A stretch of DNA of 64,000 nucleotides from Candidatus Binatia bacterium (GTDB taxonomy: Bacteria > Desulfobacterota > Binatia > UBA9968 > CAXXLF01): the NCBI GenBank assembly GCA_963664015.2, contig CAXXLF010000001.1:384001-448000 (forward strand), given 5' to 3'. Of this stretch, positions 9,419 to 19,546 are shown piece after piece. The notes below the pieces were generated by a model. That model worked only from the letters and a program-made list of their open reading frames with translations, made no database searches and was not told the DNA's origin. Made by a program: the position numbers and the translations under genes. Position 1 is the stretch's first letter. Each line of letters opens with the position of its first letter.

Positions 9419-11389
9419 CTACCGACCCTGTACCAGAATTTGTTGATTCCGATCCGTAATGGTGTCCGGTGTCGGCGATTCATCTCTCTTCAGCTTCACG
9501 ATAGTGCGGAGCGACCTATCGTTGCGACGCTCAGAAAGGATCTCGTCGGTGATCGGCTGCGGCAGCTTGTGGTCGTTATACAGATTCCGTGGTCTTAGCC
9601 GTACCCCGAAAATCCGAGCTAACACCCGACAGGCTTTCACTACCAAGAACTCCAAGTAGAGAAGATTTCTCATGGTAAAGTAAACCACCACCCGGGGTAG
9701 CTTTGCCACTAGTGGTCTCCGCGTGAGTTTGTTGTTGAGGGTTGTTATAGGATGCCGCGACGCTTTCAATGTCCTGTATGCCAAATCACCCATCGCAGGG
9801 TAGAGTCTCTCCCTCTCCCGCCGTTCTAAATCAACACCATGAATCTCGGCCGGAAGCCTATCGGTCCGAATTTCCAAATTCGAATGGGTAACACGATCCG
9901 TCCCCAGCGACCTGCTGTAATAGGTGCGGGTCGCTTCGTACAAGATGAGGAAATCCCAGAATAAAAGGTCCCTCAGGGAACTACCATTTATGTTAATGTA
10001 ATTGCTTTTGTCGGCACCTAGGTCGGAAATCGCAATTAGATACTTTTCCTCATCATCCACCGTCGTACCGATTACACCCACATGTTGCCCATATTCGTAC
10101 AACGGTGTACCAGGCAATGGTAACGCATAGAAGACCGCAAGCCCCATTTCCGCCGGGGGAACTCCCCCCATACGCGCCATGTTTCCCAGAAACTCCCCAG
10201 TCTGCCTAGCCGTTTCGTCATTCTCTCCGGGCATCCCCGTCATAACTGCAAGCGGCGAATACATATCGTTCACATAACAGTGTCGAACTGCCTGGTACAC
10301 TTGCTCAACCGTAAAATTCTTTTCCATCAAATCCAGAATCATCTGGCTACCGGATTCAATACCAAACTTTAGCGCAGAGCAACCGTGCTCCTGATAGAAC
10401 TTGACATCATCACCGTCGATAGATAGGCATCGTACCCCACCAGCCATCCAGAGCATATCGTGGCGTTTCATCATCCTTGCGACTTCGTACGCGTGTTTTT
10501 TATCGGCACCGAAATTCTCATCGGAAATCTGTATGAATCCGACATTATACTTTTCTTTTAGCTCCTCGAGATGTTCATCGAGGGTCGTCACACTGTTTCT
10601 CCGAAAGCCCCGTATGGAGCGTTGGCAAAAGGTGCAGCGAGCGACACACCCCTTCGTTGTCCACAAGGCCGCCATCTTCGGTCGACGGTCCGGTTCAAAA
10701 GTCCTTGGATCACTCTGGAACCACGAAGACGGCGCCGCATCTCGGAAATAGTACTCCAAAGCTTCCGGTTTTGTCTTAATGCCTATTTTCAGTAGCTCAT
10801 AATCCGGGTAGGGATTTTCGGTGGCTGGGATACTCTCCGGATACCCGCTAAACTGCATTTCTCCATTGGGATCGAGGTAGGTAAGGCCCTTTATCTTTGC
10901 TAATTGAGAATATTCCCATTCTCTGCCGTATTGCCCTCGGTATCCAAGAAACTCTACCCAAGGGATTTCACCATCCCCTTGGATGCAAATATCAACCTCC
11001 GTCTTATGAAGAACAACTCGCGCGCTAGCCGAAAGGCTACCGCCCAGAATAATCCAAGCGTTCGGGCATTCTTCACGGGCGATGGCCGCAATCCGTTTCA
11101 CAATTCCGTAAGTAGTAGATACCGTCGCACTAAGGCCGAGAACATTAGGATTATATTCCCTAAAATACGCGCGAATCTTCTCATCAGATGAGTCGAGCAT
11201 GTCAATATCATAAAAGTCATATTGCTCCCGTGTGTATCCATGCTTCTCCATCCATTTGATAAGCGACACGATAGCAATCTTCGGCACGATCGGTAGGTCT
11301 TTTGCACCTCGTGGTATTCCGCTGTCAAGAGGGATCGTACATAAGAGTATCCGTGCTGCACTCTCTTCATTCGATAATTGTAACATCAC
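9419..11389 (-). CDS. B12-binding radical SAM enzyme (class B methyltransferase-like)
   Basis: N-terminal cobalamin-binding-like domain (GLSATVST...ILGG...GDGE), CVARCTFC as CxxxCxxC, DENF, FGIESGS, GMPGE, PLPGTPLY. Confidence 0.9.
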   Translation of the reverse strand: MMLQLSNEESAARILLCTIPLDSGIPRGAKDLPIVPKIAIVSLIKWMEKHGYTREQYDFYDIDMLDSSDEKIRAYFREYNPNVLGLSATVSTTYGIVKRIAAIAREECPNAWIILGGSLSASARVVLHKTEVDICIQGDGEIPWVEFLGYRGQYGREWEYSQLAKIKGLTYLDPNGEMQFSGYPESIPATENPYPDYELLKIGIKTKPEALEYYFRDAAPSSWFQSDPRTFEPDRRPKMAALWTTKGCVARCTFCQRSIRGFRRNSVTTLDEHLEELKEKYNVGFIQISDENFGADKKHAYEVARMMKRHDMLWMAGGVRCLSIDGDDVKFYQEHGCSALKFGIESGSQMILDLMEKNFTVEQVYQAVRHCYVNDMYSPLAVMTGMPGENDETARQTGEFLGNMARMGGVPPAEMGLAVFYALPLPGTPLYEYGQHVGVIGTTVDDEEKYLIAISDLGADKSNYININGSSLRDLLFWDFLILYEATRTYYSRSLGTDRVTHSNLEIRTDRLPAEIHGVDLERRERERLYPAMGDLAYRTLKASRHPITTLNNKLTRRPLVAKLPRVVVYFTMRNLLYLEFLVVKACRVLARIFGVRLRPRNLYNDHKLPQPITDEILSERRNDRSLRTIVKLKRDESPTPDTITDRNQQILVQGR

Positions 11390-11447
11390 GTTCCTCCAAA
11401 AGGTTTAAATCGTTGCTAACCAAACACTCCATACTTGATACATACAC

Positions 11448-12212
11448 CTAAGCCCCATACGCTTTGCCTTCGCCAGCATCGATCGGGACCATACATCCAC
11501 CCATCATAGAAGCATCTTCAGAACACAGTAACAGTAGGATGGGAATTAGCTCTTTCGCTTCACCCATCACCTTTCGGGGCAACCGTTCTTGAACGAACCG
11601 CTGGTAGGCTACCGCGTTATTCTCCTCAAGTCTTTCCATTGCATTCCCCGGCCCTGTGAACCCCCCCGGAAGAATCCCAGTCGCAACCACATTGAAGCCT
11701 GCCAACTCCCTCCCCAGCGTCCGCACATACGCCGCTAGCCCGGCCTTTGCAGTGCTGTAACCAACAGACCCAACCCCTTCACTTGAGGCAATTGATCCGA
11801 CGTGGACGAGGTTCCCTGAGCGTCTTGCCTTCATATCAGGCACGAGAAGCCGGTTAATCTCAGCTACGGAACCCAGATTCAGAGAAAACAATTTTAGAAA
11901 TTCGTCGGATAATAGAAGGGGATCACGAAAACCCATCCCTCCACCGGCGGCGTGTAACACAACATCGATACCCCCCAGGAACTCCAGGGCGCGTTCAACT
12001 CCCTTCTGGAGTTCGTCCACATCCAATAGATCCACCGCGAGAGTTATATGTTCTTGGGAAGATGGGCAGATGCGCCGCACGGATTCCAGCATATCACGGG
12101 AGCGAGCCATCAAAGCCAACCTCGCCCCGTGCTCTGCAAATACCGGCGCTGCCACTGCACCCAATCCCTTCGATGCTCCGGTAACTAAGATGCGCTTATT
12201 TTTTAGCCTCAA
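11448..12212 (-). CDS. Short-chain dehydrogenase/reductase
   Basis: TGASKGLG Rossmann motif; YSTAK catalytic YxxxK. Confidence 0.9.
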   Translation of the reverse strand: MRLKNKRILVTGASKGLGAVAAPVFAEHGARLALMARSRDMLESVRRICPSSQEHITLAVDLLDVDELQKGVERALEFLGGIDVVLHAAGGGMGFRDPLLLSDEFLKLFSLNLGSVAEINRLLVPDMKARRSGNLVHVGSIASSEGVGSVGYSTAKAGLAAYVRTLGRELAGFNVVATGILPGGFTGPGNAMERLEENNAVAYQRFVQERLPRKVMGEAKELIPILLLLCSEDASMMGGCMVPIDAGEGKAYGA

Positions 12213-12231
12213 CGTCCGACATCCCTAAGGA

Positions 12232-12921
12232 TCACGCGCCCTTTGTCAGCGGGGCAAGCTTCAGGGTCTGGGCATTGGTGAAAGTGTAATCACCCGTATA
12301 TCCCACATGGTCGAGGACCCCTACCCACTCTTCCGGACGAAGAATGGTTGTTCCCAGCAGAGTCCAATAGCTAAACAAACGGAAATCTTCTTCCGTGATG
12401 TAAGAGGCTAAAGTCACAAAGCTCTTCCCCTTGCCCACCCGTTGGATTTCTTTCAGCGACTGGATGGCATCCGTCAGGTTAAGAAAATAGACCACGCCAA
12501 TGGCTACAACGAAATCGAATTCTTTATCTTGAAACGGCAAGGATGTGAAAGGAGCTTTTTGGATAAACGGTTTTACCGAAGTCATGGCATTAGCAATGGC
12601 ATAATCCGAAAGGTCCGTCCCGCGGACCTTCATCGTTGGCTGGAGCTGCAGGAAGTCGTGCAGCAAGAAGCCCTTCTCGCATGCGACCTGCAAGACGGCG
12701 GCGCCGTCACCAAGTCCGTACTCCCGGCACATATTCCTTGCTATGGGAAGCCAGCGCCCGTCATACGCGTAGCCGCCATAACCGCAGTTTCGATCGCCGT
12801 CATAAAACTCTTTGTCTCGATATGTGGCGATGATCCGGTGACGGATTGCCCTCAAATTAGGGCCCACAACTCGCGGCTGTTTCGGCTCAGGATAACCTTC
12901 AAGGGCGTTGAACCTGCGCAA
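12232..12921 (-). CDS. Class I SAM-dependent methyltransferase-like protein
   Basis: FYDGDRNCGYGGY, VLQVACEKGF (variant motif I), LPFQDKEFDFV, EIQRV. Confidence 0.75.
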   Translation of the reverse strand: MRRFNALEGYPEPKQPRVVGPNLRAIRHRIIATYRDKEFYDGDRNCGYGGYAYDGRWLPIARNMCREYGLGDGAAVLQVACEKGFLLHDFLQLQPTMKVRGTDLSDYAIANAMTSVKPFIQKAPFTSLPFQDKEFDFVVAIGVVYFLNLTDAIQSLKEIQRVGKGKSFVTLASYITEEDFRLFSYWTLLGTTILRPEEWVGVLDHVGYTGDYTFTNAQTLKLAPLTKGA

Positions 12922-12925
12922 TCGC

Positions 12926-13783
12926 TTACCCCCTACTCTCTTCTAACTTTACCGCATATCCAGTATGGCGATCCTTTACTTCATCACTGGCATTACTGTA
13001 CATAGTGAGAAACCATCTGCCATCCGTTTGCGATTCGTCAGGGATCTTGTGTACATCACACGGCTCCACTCCGTGCGCAACCGTTGCATAACCGATTCCC
13101 ATGTCACCAACCTCAATCTCGTCCTCAAGGAAGACCCTCCTGTCGGCTTTCCCCATAAGGTAAAAACCCCCTCCTTCGAAATCCGCACCCCGCTGGCTCA
13201 TATAACCGGAAATAAACACCCTCTGATGCTTATACGGGTCCGAATGGGTCTCCAGCATCCCCACTTTTGGGGTATAGCGGAGCACCTGAATACGGTCGAT
13301 GACTCCGTCTTTGGGCGTGTTCTTTTCGTATTCCTCCCATCCGAATCCACCAAGAAACTTGAACGGCCGCCATCTTGGCATAACAACAGGGAAAAGTTTT
13401 AGTGGATCATCATTCCAGGGAAAGAAATAAGCCGCGTGCTTGACCATCATGAAACTGTATTTTTTCCCCAATTCCTCATCGATGATCCGGTGAAAATCCG
13501 GGCTCCCTTCCAGCATTTTATAAAATGCCTGCGGCCGGCTGTTCCAATACTCATGGACCCGGTTCTTGAGCTCGAGCATGAATTCTCGAGTGAAAGCCCT
13601 TTTGACAAGGTACACATCTCCGGCATAAAGGGATTCAATCACTTGTTTTACAAAGCCAGGAGCCTGTTCACGGATCTGTTGGCTGAACTCTTCAAAATCC
13701 ACTTTATGAATTTTTCTAAGTAGCCTTGGCTGAGGGCTATTGCTTTCTAATTCTTCCCAAACAGCCTTGTATTTGTTCTCCAT
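12926..13783 (-). CDS. 2OG-Fe(II) oxygenase-like protein
   Basis: HxD (HSD), DFEGGGF, distal His (AHGV) and Arg (GRW), spaced as in the 2OG-Fe(II) facial triad. Confidence 0.65.
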   Translation of the reverse strand: MENKYKAVWEELESNSPQPRLLRKIHKVDFEEFSQQIREQAPGFVKQVIESLYAGDVYLVKRAFTREFMLELKNRVHEYWNSRPQAFYKMLEGSPDFHRIIDEELGKKYSFMMVKHAAYFFPWNDDPLKLFPVVMPRWRPFKFLGGFGWEEYEKNTPKDGVIDRIQVLRYTPKVGMLETHSDPYKHQRVFISGYMSQRGADFEGGGFYLMGKADRRVFLEDEIEVGDMGIGYATVAHGVEPCDVHKIPDESQTDGRWFLTMYSNASDEVKDRHTGYAVKLEESRG

Positions 13784-13814
13784 AACGATAACTGTCCTTT
13801 TAACTCAGAATTTG

Positions 13815-14462
13815 CTACGGCAAAATACCACGGATAACGGAAAGACCACTCAACTCTTCGAATCGTTCCACTATTTCATCAGCCTCAGTTAAGTACCCTC
13901 GCCCCAGCGTCGTGCACACCGCAATGCAATAGGATCGCGCACTTTTGGCAGCCTGGATCCCAAGCGGCGCGTTCTCAACGACTACACAATCTTCAGGATT
14001 GAGTCCCAATGCCCCGGCTCCTGCTAGGTAGGGGTCCGGATGCGGCTTTCCTCTCTGGGTCATGTTGCCGGTCACTATCGTGGTAAACTTCTCCAAGAAA
14101 TCGCCGGGAACGGATTTCTCTAGCCTGCCCCGTAACCCTGCCGTGACAATCCCCATAGGAACTCTCCCATGAGCAAGCGAGTCGACGAGCTCTTCCACAC
14201 CGGGATAAAATGAAAAACGATGATGCTTGAGGTACCACTCGTCCTTTAATTTGGCCAACTCGACAACGTCAGGAGGGGCAAGACCGTTTATCGTGAAGAA
14301 ATGCGCTGCAACCTCTTTCATGGGAAGACCCTCGAACGGTAAATAATCATCAGCCTTCAGGTCTATGCCGTACCCCTTCGTGACGGCTCTCCACGCTTCG
14401 AGGTTGTCTTCCATGGTCCGAGCCAGCGTCCCGTCGAAGTCGAAGAGAATACCTCTATACAT
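13815..14462 (-). CDS. HAD-family phosphatase (beta-PGM-like)
   Basis: FDFDGTL, GKPHPDPYL, VVENAPLGI. Confidence 0.9.
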   Translation of the reverse strand: MYRGILFDFDGTLARTMEDNLEAWRAVTKGYGIDLKADDYLPFEGLPMKEVAAHFFTINGLAPPDVVELAKLKDEWYLKHHRFSFYPGVEELVDSLAHGRVPMGIVTAGLRGRLEKSVPGDFLEKFTTIVTGNMTQRGKPHPDPYLAGAGALGLNPEDCVVVENAPLGIQAAKSARSYCIAVCTTLGRGYLTEADEIVERFEELSGLSVIRGILP

Positions 14463-14530
14463 ATGAGAAACGCCTCACTAGAATTGGCCTGGCCGAAAGG
14501 ATAGAAACCCCATCCGATACTTGTCGACTT

Positions 14531-15049
14531 TTAACGATACTTTTCAACCTGTGCGAAGGTTTCTTTCATCCACGGTCCGACGTACTTGTAATGCGGGCAC
14601 GTAACCAGACGCTCGTCAGTCACGTAAGCCGCATCGACGTAAGTCGCGCCGGCATTTTCGATATCGTCTCTGATGCTATAATAGCCGGAGACCCTCTTTC
14701 CCTTGACAACTCGCGCAGATATCAACAACTGGCTCGCGTGACAAATCGCCGCAATCACTCGACCCGAGGCATAAAAGTCAGCAATGAATTTAATGATTTC
14801 CTTGTCCTGCCTCATATATTCCATCGCCTTGGCACCGCCCGGGAGGACGAGGAGCTCATAGTCCCCGACTTTCAGCTCGGGAATATCCTTCGTGGGCTCG
14901 ACCTTCACGCCTATGATACCCAACACCATTTCCTTGCCGCGCACCGCTACATCCACCTCATAACCCTCTTCCTGAAGTCGATAGTACGGGTAGATGTATT
15001 CGTGGTCCTGAACCAATTTACCGGTCATTATCAGAGCCTTTTTATTCAT
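14531..15049 (-). CDS. DJ-1/PfpI family protein
   Basis: QDHEYIYP, LPGG, and AAICH nucleophile elbow. Confidence 0.9.
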   Translation of the reverse strand: MNKKALIMTGKLVQDHEYIYPYYRLQEEGYEVDVAVRGKEMVLGIIGVKVEPTKDIPELKVGDYELLVLPGGAKAMEYMRQDKEIIKFIADFYASGRVIAAICHASQLLISARVVKGKRVSGYYSIRDDIENAGATYVDAAYVTDERLVTCPHYKYVGPWMKETFAQVEKYR

Positions 15050-15073
15050 TGCTTGCCCCTTTATTCCTTCGAT

Positions 15074-16876
15074 TTATATTTTGTTTATGATACTCAGGTT
15101 CTCTTCGACTTCTTTCGGATCTAAAAAGGGATAACTGTCTTCGAGCGCCGTTTGCTTCATGGTCCCATCCCTATTTCTTCGATTAATTGCTTTGGGCGCC
15201 TGTATCTGATTGTGGTCCATCATGATTTCACAGAGGACCGGTCCCTCGTGGCTCACAACTTCTTCAATATGCCTCTTCAGATCCTGATGGGATTTGAGAC
15301 GGACCCCTTTAAAACGGTGGGCTTCAGCAATTTTCATAAAGTCCGGAAAGGAGAGTCCCGATTCCTCATTGCTCCCCATAACCCGCCCCTCAAATCCGAG
15401 TTCCTGGGTCTGCTTGATGCTGAGATAGCCACCGTTGTTCAGGACAAACAGTTTGACCGGGAGACGATGGTGCATAATGGTAGCCATTTCCTGAATTGTC
15501 ATGAGAAGCCCACCCTCTCCGGCAATGCAAACCGTCCGCTTTTTCCCACTGCCGAAACAGGCTCCAACGGCTGCCGGCAGGCCCCAACCCATGGAGGCGA
15601 GACCACAATTAGTAAACACCCTCTGCCCTTTTTTTACTCGGAACGCCTGATGGGTATTCTGAAAGGCAAATCCCATATCTGTAACTACGATGTCGTTGGG
15701 TGTTAGGACGTCCGAGAGGACGTCGATAAAATGATAGGAGTTCACACTACCGGCTTGTTCCCGATATTCAGGCAAGACAACCGGATATTTCCGCTTCCAC
15801 TGCTGACACTGTTCGAGCCAGTGGCCCCATTGTTGAATATCCAGGTTCTCTTGAGAGAGCTGACGGCTCAATTCTTGCAAGAACAGTTTTGCGTCGGTTT
15901 GGATTTTCAGATGGAGATTGACTGTATCTTTATTCAACTCCGCCTGGTCGATATCGACCATGATTACTTTAGCATTCCGCGCATAATCTTTTGCATTATA
16001 GCCGGTTTGCGCAAGCGAAAGGCGTGTACCGATTGCCAAATATAGATCGGAGGTTTGCACTGCAAAGTTGGCTCCTCGTTGAGCAAAGGTCCCTGGACGA
16101 CCTACATAGAGCTCATGATCCCAAGGTACCATATCGTTTGCATTTCTTGCAGTCACAAAGGGTAGCCGGAATTTCTCCACGAGTTTGGAGAATTCCTCTC
16201 CGGCACTGGCAATCCGCACTCCCTGCCCGATGTGGACCAGAGGGCGTCTGGCGGATTTTAAAAGTTTCACGACCTGGGCTACTTTTGATCCCAGATCGGG
16301 ATCCAAGTGCACCTCATATTCTTTGGGGTCGAATCCTCTTAGTGAAGCCGGATCGACAATAGCGTTTTGGATATTGGCCGGAATATCAATCCAGGTGGGT
16401 CCAGGCCGGCCATGAGTTGCCAAATACACGGCCTTTTCCAGATGGCGTCGGATTTCTTGAGCATCCTCCACCATGACAGCATATTTGGTGATGGGTCGAA
16501 CGATATCGACAATGTTTATTTCTTGAACTCCCATCGTTCTCAATCCGGGGTGTTTGCTGATGGTTTGGGCAAGAAACACCTGGCCTGAAATCATCACGTG
16601 CGGGACATGATCCAGCCAGGACCCCGCAACACCCGTGATGGCATTCGTTCCTCCTGGACCTGTAGTGACCAGAGTAACCCCCAGCCCCTGCCGGACACGA
16701 GCGTATGCCTCCGTTGCCATAGAGGCTGCCTGCTCATGATGGCAGGCAACATATTTCATCTTTTTAGCTGCGCCTAAAGCGTCGCATAGAAAGATCGATC
16801 CTCCACCTGAAACGGTAAAGATGGTATCCACCCCTTGATTTTCAAAAAATTCGATAACGTAATCGGAAACGCGCAT
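15074..16876 (-). CDS. ThDP-dependent enzyme (acetolactate-synthase-like / YerE-like carboligase)
   Basis: HHEQAA catalytic Glu, TTGPGGTN, GRPGP, ASMGWGLPAA, and a GEGG...LNNGGY ThDP/Mg motif. Confidence 0.9.
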   Translation of the reverse strand: MRVSDYVIEFFENQGVDTIFTVSGGGSIFLCDALGAAKKMKYVACHHEQAASMATEAYARVRQGLGVTLVTTGPGGTNAITGVAGSWLDHVPHVMISGQVFLAQTISKHPGLRTMGVQEINIVDIVRPITKYAVMVEDAQEIRRHLEKAVYLATHGRPGPTWIDIPANIQNAIVDPASLRGFDPKEYEVHLDPDLGSKVAQVVKLLKSARRPLVHIGQGVRIASAGEEFSKLVEKFRLPFVTARNANDMVPWDHELYVGRPGTFAQRGANFAVQTSDLYLAIGTRLSLAQTGYNAKDYARNAKVIMVDIDQAELNKDTVNLHLKIQTDAKLFLQELSRQLSQENLDIQQWGHWLEQCQQWKRKYPVVLPEYREQAGSVNSYHFIDVLSDVLTPNDIVVTDMGFAFQNTHQAFRVKKGQRVFTNCGLASMGWGLPAAVGACFGSGKKRTVCIAGEGGLLMTIQEMATIMHHRLPVKLFVLNNGGYLSIKQTQELGFEGRVMGSNEESGLSFPDFMKIAEAHRFKGVRLKSHQDLKRHIEEVVSHEGPVLCEIMMDHNQIQAPKAINRRNRDGTMKQTALEDSYPFLDPKEVEENLSIINKI

Positions 16877-16894
16877 TAACCAAATTTCTCCGTG

Positions 16895-19489
16895 TTAGTC
16901 CTCTTGGATAAGGTCGATCATCATGTTTTCTCGCAATGTCTTGCGGTCCAAGAACGGATACATATCTTCCAGGGGCTTGGCAACCCATTTTTGATCATCT
17001 CGGATGGTAAAACCAGGACGTGGAATTTTGTCTTGGTCATCCTCAACCTGAATTTCACAAACCGCAGGACCCACTACTTTTAGCCATTCCCGGAGCGTTG
17101 AAGAAAGTTGACTGGAGTGGGTTACCTCAAAGGTTGGAATTCCAAATGCCCTGGCAATTGGAATCAGCGGAGCGGATCCTAGACGGATCTCATGATCGGT
17201 TCCCACAAAGCGAGCTCCAAAATAGTCTCTCTGGATGTTTCGAATAATGGAATGTCCCCTACTTTTAAAAATGAGCACTTTGATCGGCAACCGATAATCG
17301 AGAATGGTTTGAAGATCCTGAATACTGATCTGAAAGCCGCGGTCCTCGCAAAGACAAACCACCGGTTTGCGATCTATGGCCACGCTGGCGCCGATAGCCC
17401 CTGCCAGCGCAAAACCGGGCAGTTCTAATCCTGTGGAGCTGATGAGCCTTTGGCCCGACTTAAAGCGAAAGGCCAAAAGGGTGTAGATCAAGGTCGCACC
17501 CCCATCGGCCACAATAACATCATTTTCATCCAGTTCAGCAGACAGAATGCGGAGGAGAGGGAGGGGATATATCAACCCATCCTCCATTTTATTCAACGGA
17601 AGTGACGGACCCGTATAGGAATCTGGAGGAAACATGACTCGCCACTCACGGCAGCTTGCTATCCAGGGGGAATAGGAGGGAAGGGCAGCAGATACAAGCG
17701 CCAGACACTCGCGGATAAACTGTCCCGCATCCAGGGCAAGAGGAAGATCCGGTTTTATTGTCGGCTTTTCAAGCTCGTTGGGATCGATGTCGACCACAAC
17801 TTTTCGGGCGCCTCGCGCAAAGGCGCAGGTGTTACGACCGATCAGAGGGATGGAGAGGCGTGAACCGATACTAATCAACAAGTCACAGTTCTGAATGACA
17901 AAATTAGCACTTCGCTGTCCATAGGTGCTGGGCCGGCCAAAAAAGTAAGGGTGATCATCCGGTACAAGGTCAGCGCCACGCCGACTGGTGACCACGGGTA
18001 TCTTAAGCTGGTCGATCAACTCCAAAAACTCTTTGGCCGCCTTCGCGCTGCGGATTCCGCTTCCGGCCAAAATAACCGGACGGGATGCCTGCTTGAGAAA
18101 ATTAATCACCTCAAGAATTTGTTGGCGAACTTCGTTGGCTGATCCCGTGCAATCCGAACCCAATTCCTTGGGATCAAAATGTTTGAGATCTTCTTCGTCA
18201 ATAACCATTCCCTGGATATCGATCGGGAGGTCGACCCAGACAGGCCCTGGCCTCCCCTGGGTGGCAAGATAAACAGCCTTCTCCAGGTGATACCGGATCA
18301 TCGTCGGATCGGTGACCTTGATGGCATACTTTGTAATTGGATTGATCAGATCGACGACACTCAACGCCTTATTACCCAATTGCCGAACTCGGCCATCAGT
18401 ATCCTGATCGGTTCGTGCCTGACCGGAAATTACCAGCGCGGGGACGGAATCCACCCAGGCATTTGCCACTCCAGGAACAGTATTCGCGGCCGCGGCCCCT
18501 GACGAGACCACCAGAGCCCCTAAGCCCGAGCGCATTTTACAAAACGCTTCGACGGCAAGAGAAGCACTCTTTTCATTCTGGGTGTAAACAAAACTCAACC
18601 CCTCATGCCTCCCAATGGAGTCGAGTAAATGAACATTGGCCTCTCCCGGCACAATAAAGATCGGGTTTATATTTTTCTCGCTCAAGAAGGAAGCAACACA
18701 ATCTGAAACCTTGAGAATACGGTCGATTTTCCTGATGATTAGTATTTCCGTATTAGGACAGACGTCCATTTGGTCAAATTGCTTAAGGTCCTTGACCGTC
18801 ATCGTATCCCCCACTTCGATAACCGAATGGTTGGAAGGACTGAGAAACTGCCCTTTGAGAATGCAGATGACATCTTCCGGCTTCAGCAGTTCCAGGATTT
18901 CGTCCAGAACTTTCTCATCGGTCAGCTTTTTGAATGTCATAGAGCATTGCCCGAAGCGTTTTTTGAGATTGTGCTGAATTCCCGGGTTCTGAAACGAGAT
19001 GTAGTTATAGTTTTGGGTATTCAAGGAGTGCTGATCTTCTGTTTCGTACCCCTTTCCTTTACGCCCGTATTTGTCCATGAGCCGTGCCAGATCGCGTTTA
19101 TTGACGGGGGTTTCGATTTCCATAACAAAGGCGCCGGTTTCCGAAATGGCTGCAGTCTGGTGAAAGACTCCCTTATCGATGAGCAACCCCTCTCCGGCAG
19201 ACCGATCCAAGCCTTTCGATATTGTGGAGCAGTTTACTTTTCCTTCTAACACAACCAGGGAGGTCTTCTTCGTTGGATGGCAGTGCATTGAAGTTTGAGC
19301 GCCACACCTCACATAGAGGATCCAGACAGCGATCGATTCATTGGCAAAGATTAGGTACTCGTAGCCCCAGGGTTTTTTGACGACCACCTTTGAATAGTCA
19401 TAAAAATCGTCTTTCAGGTCTTCGAGGTCAACCTGCAGATTTGCCAATGCCTCCGTGTCATTGTCTGTTTTGATCAATCGCCTAATCAT
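16895..19489 (-). CDS. Cupin + ThDP-enzyme fusion with degenerate ThDP/Mg-binding motif
   Basis: N-terminal KPWGYEY...SMHCH...FHQ cupin. C-terminal ~600 aa is paralogous to 15074..16876, but GDG...NN is replaced by EDRG...FKS. Confidence 0.85.
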   Translation of the reverse strand: MIRRLIKTDNDTEALANLQVDLEDLKDDFYDYSKVVVKKPWGYEYLIFANESIAVWILYVRCGAQTSMHCHPTKKTSLVVLEGKVNCSTISKGLDRSAGEGLLIDKGVFHQTAAISETGAFVMEIETPVNKRDLARLMDKYGRKGKGYETEDQHSLNTQNYNYISFQNPGIQHNLKKRFGQCSMTFKKLTDEKVLDEILELLKPEDVICILKGQFLSPSNHSVIEVGDTMTVKDLKQFDQMDVCPNTEILIIRKIDRILKVSDCVASFLSEKNINPIFIVPGEANVHLLDSIGRHEGLSFVYTQNEKSASLAVEAFCKMRSGLGALVVSSGAAAANTVPGVANAWVDSVPALVISGQARTDQDTDGRVRQLGNKALSVVDLINPITKYAIKVTDPTMIRYHLEKAVYLATQGRPGPVWVDLPIDIQGMVIDEEDLKHFDPKELGSDCTGSANEVRQQILEVINFLKQASRPVILAGSGIRSAKAAKEFLELIDQLKIPVVTSRRGADLVPDDHPYFFGRPSTYGQRSANFVIQNCDLLISIGSRLSIPLIGRNTCAFARGARKVVVDIDPNELEKPTIKPDLPLALDAGQFIRECLALVSAALPSYSPWIASCREWRVMFPPDSYTGPSLPLNKMEDGLIYPLPLLRILSAELDENDVIVADGGATLIYTLLAFRFKSGQRLISSTGLELPGFALAGAIGASVAIDRKPVVCLCEDRGFQISIQDLQTILDYRLPIKVLIFKSRGHSIIRNIQRDYFGARFVGTDHEIRLGSAPLIPIARAFGIPTFEVTHSSQLSSTLREWLKVVGPAVCEIQVEDDQDKIPRPGFTIRDDQKWVAKPLEDMYPFLDRKTLRENMMIDLIQED

Positions 19490-19546
19490 GCTTCTAAACC
19501 GCTCAGGTAAAATCCTATAGATGGAGCTTGCTTTCTTCGGTATTTG

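Noticed and set aside
15074-19489. Branched-chain amino acid ilvB genes
   Set aside because: No ilvN/ilvC nearby, and the genes are embedded in a sugar operon.
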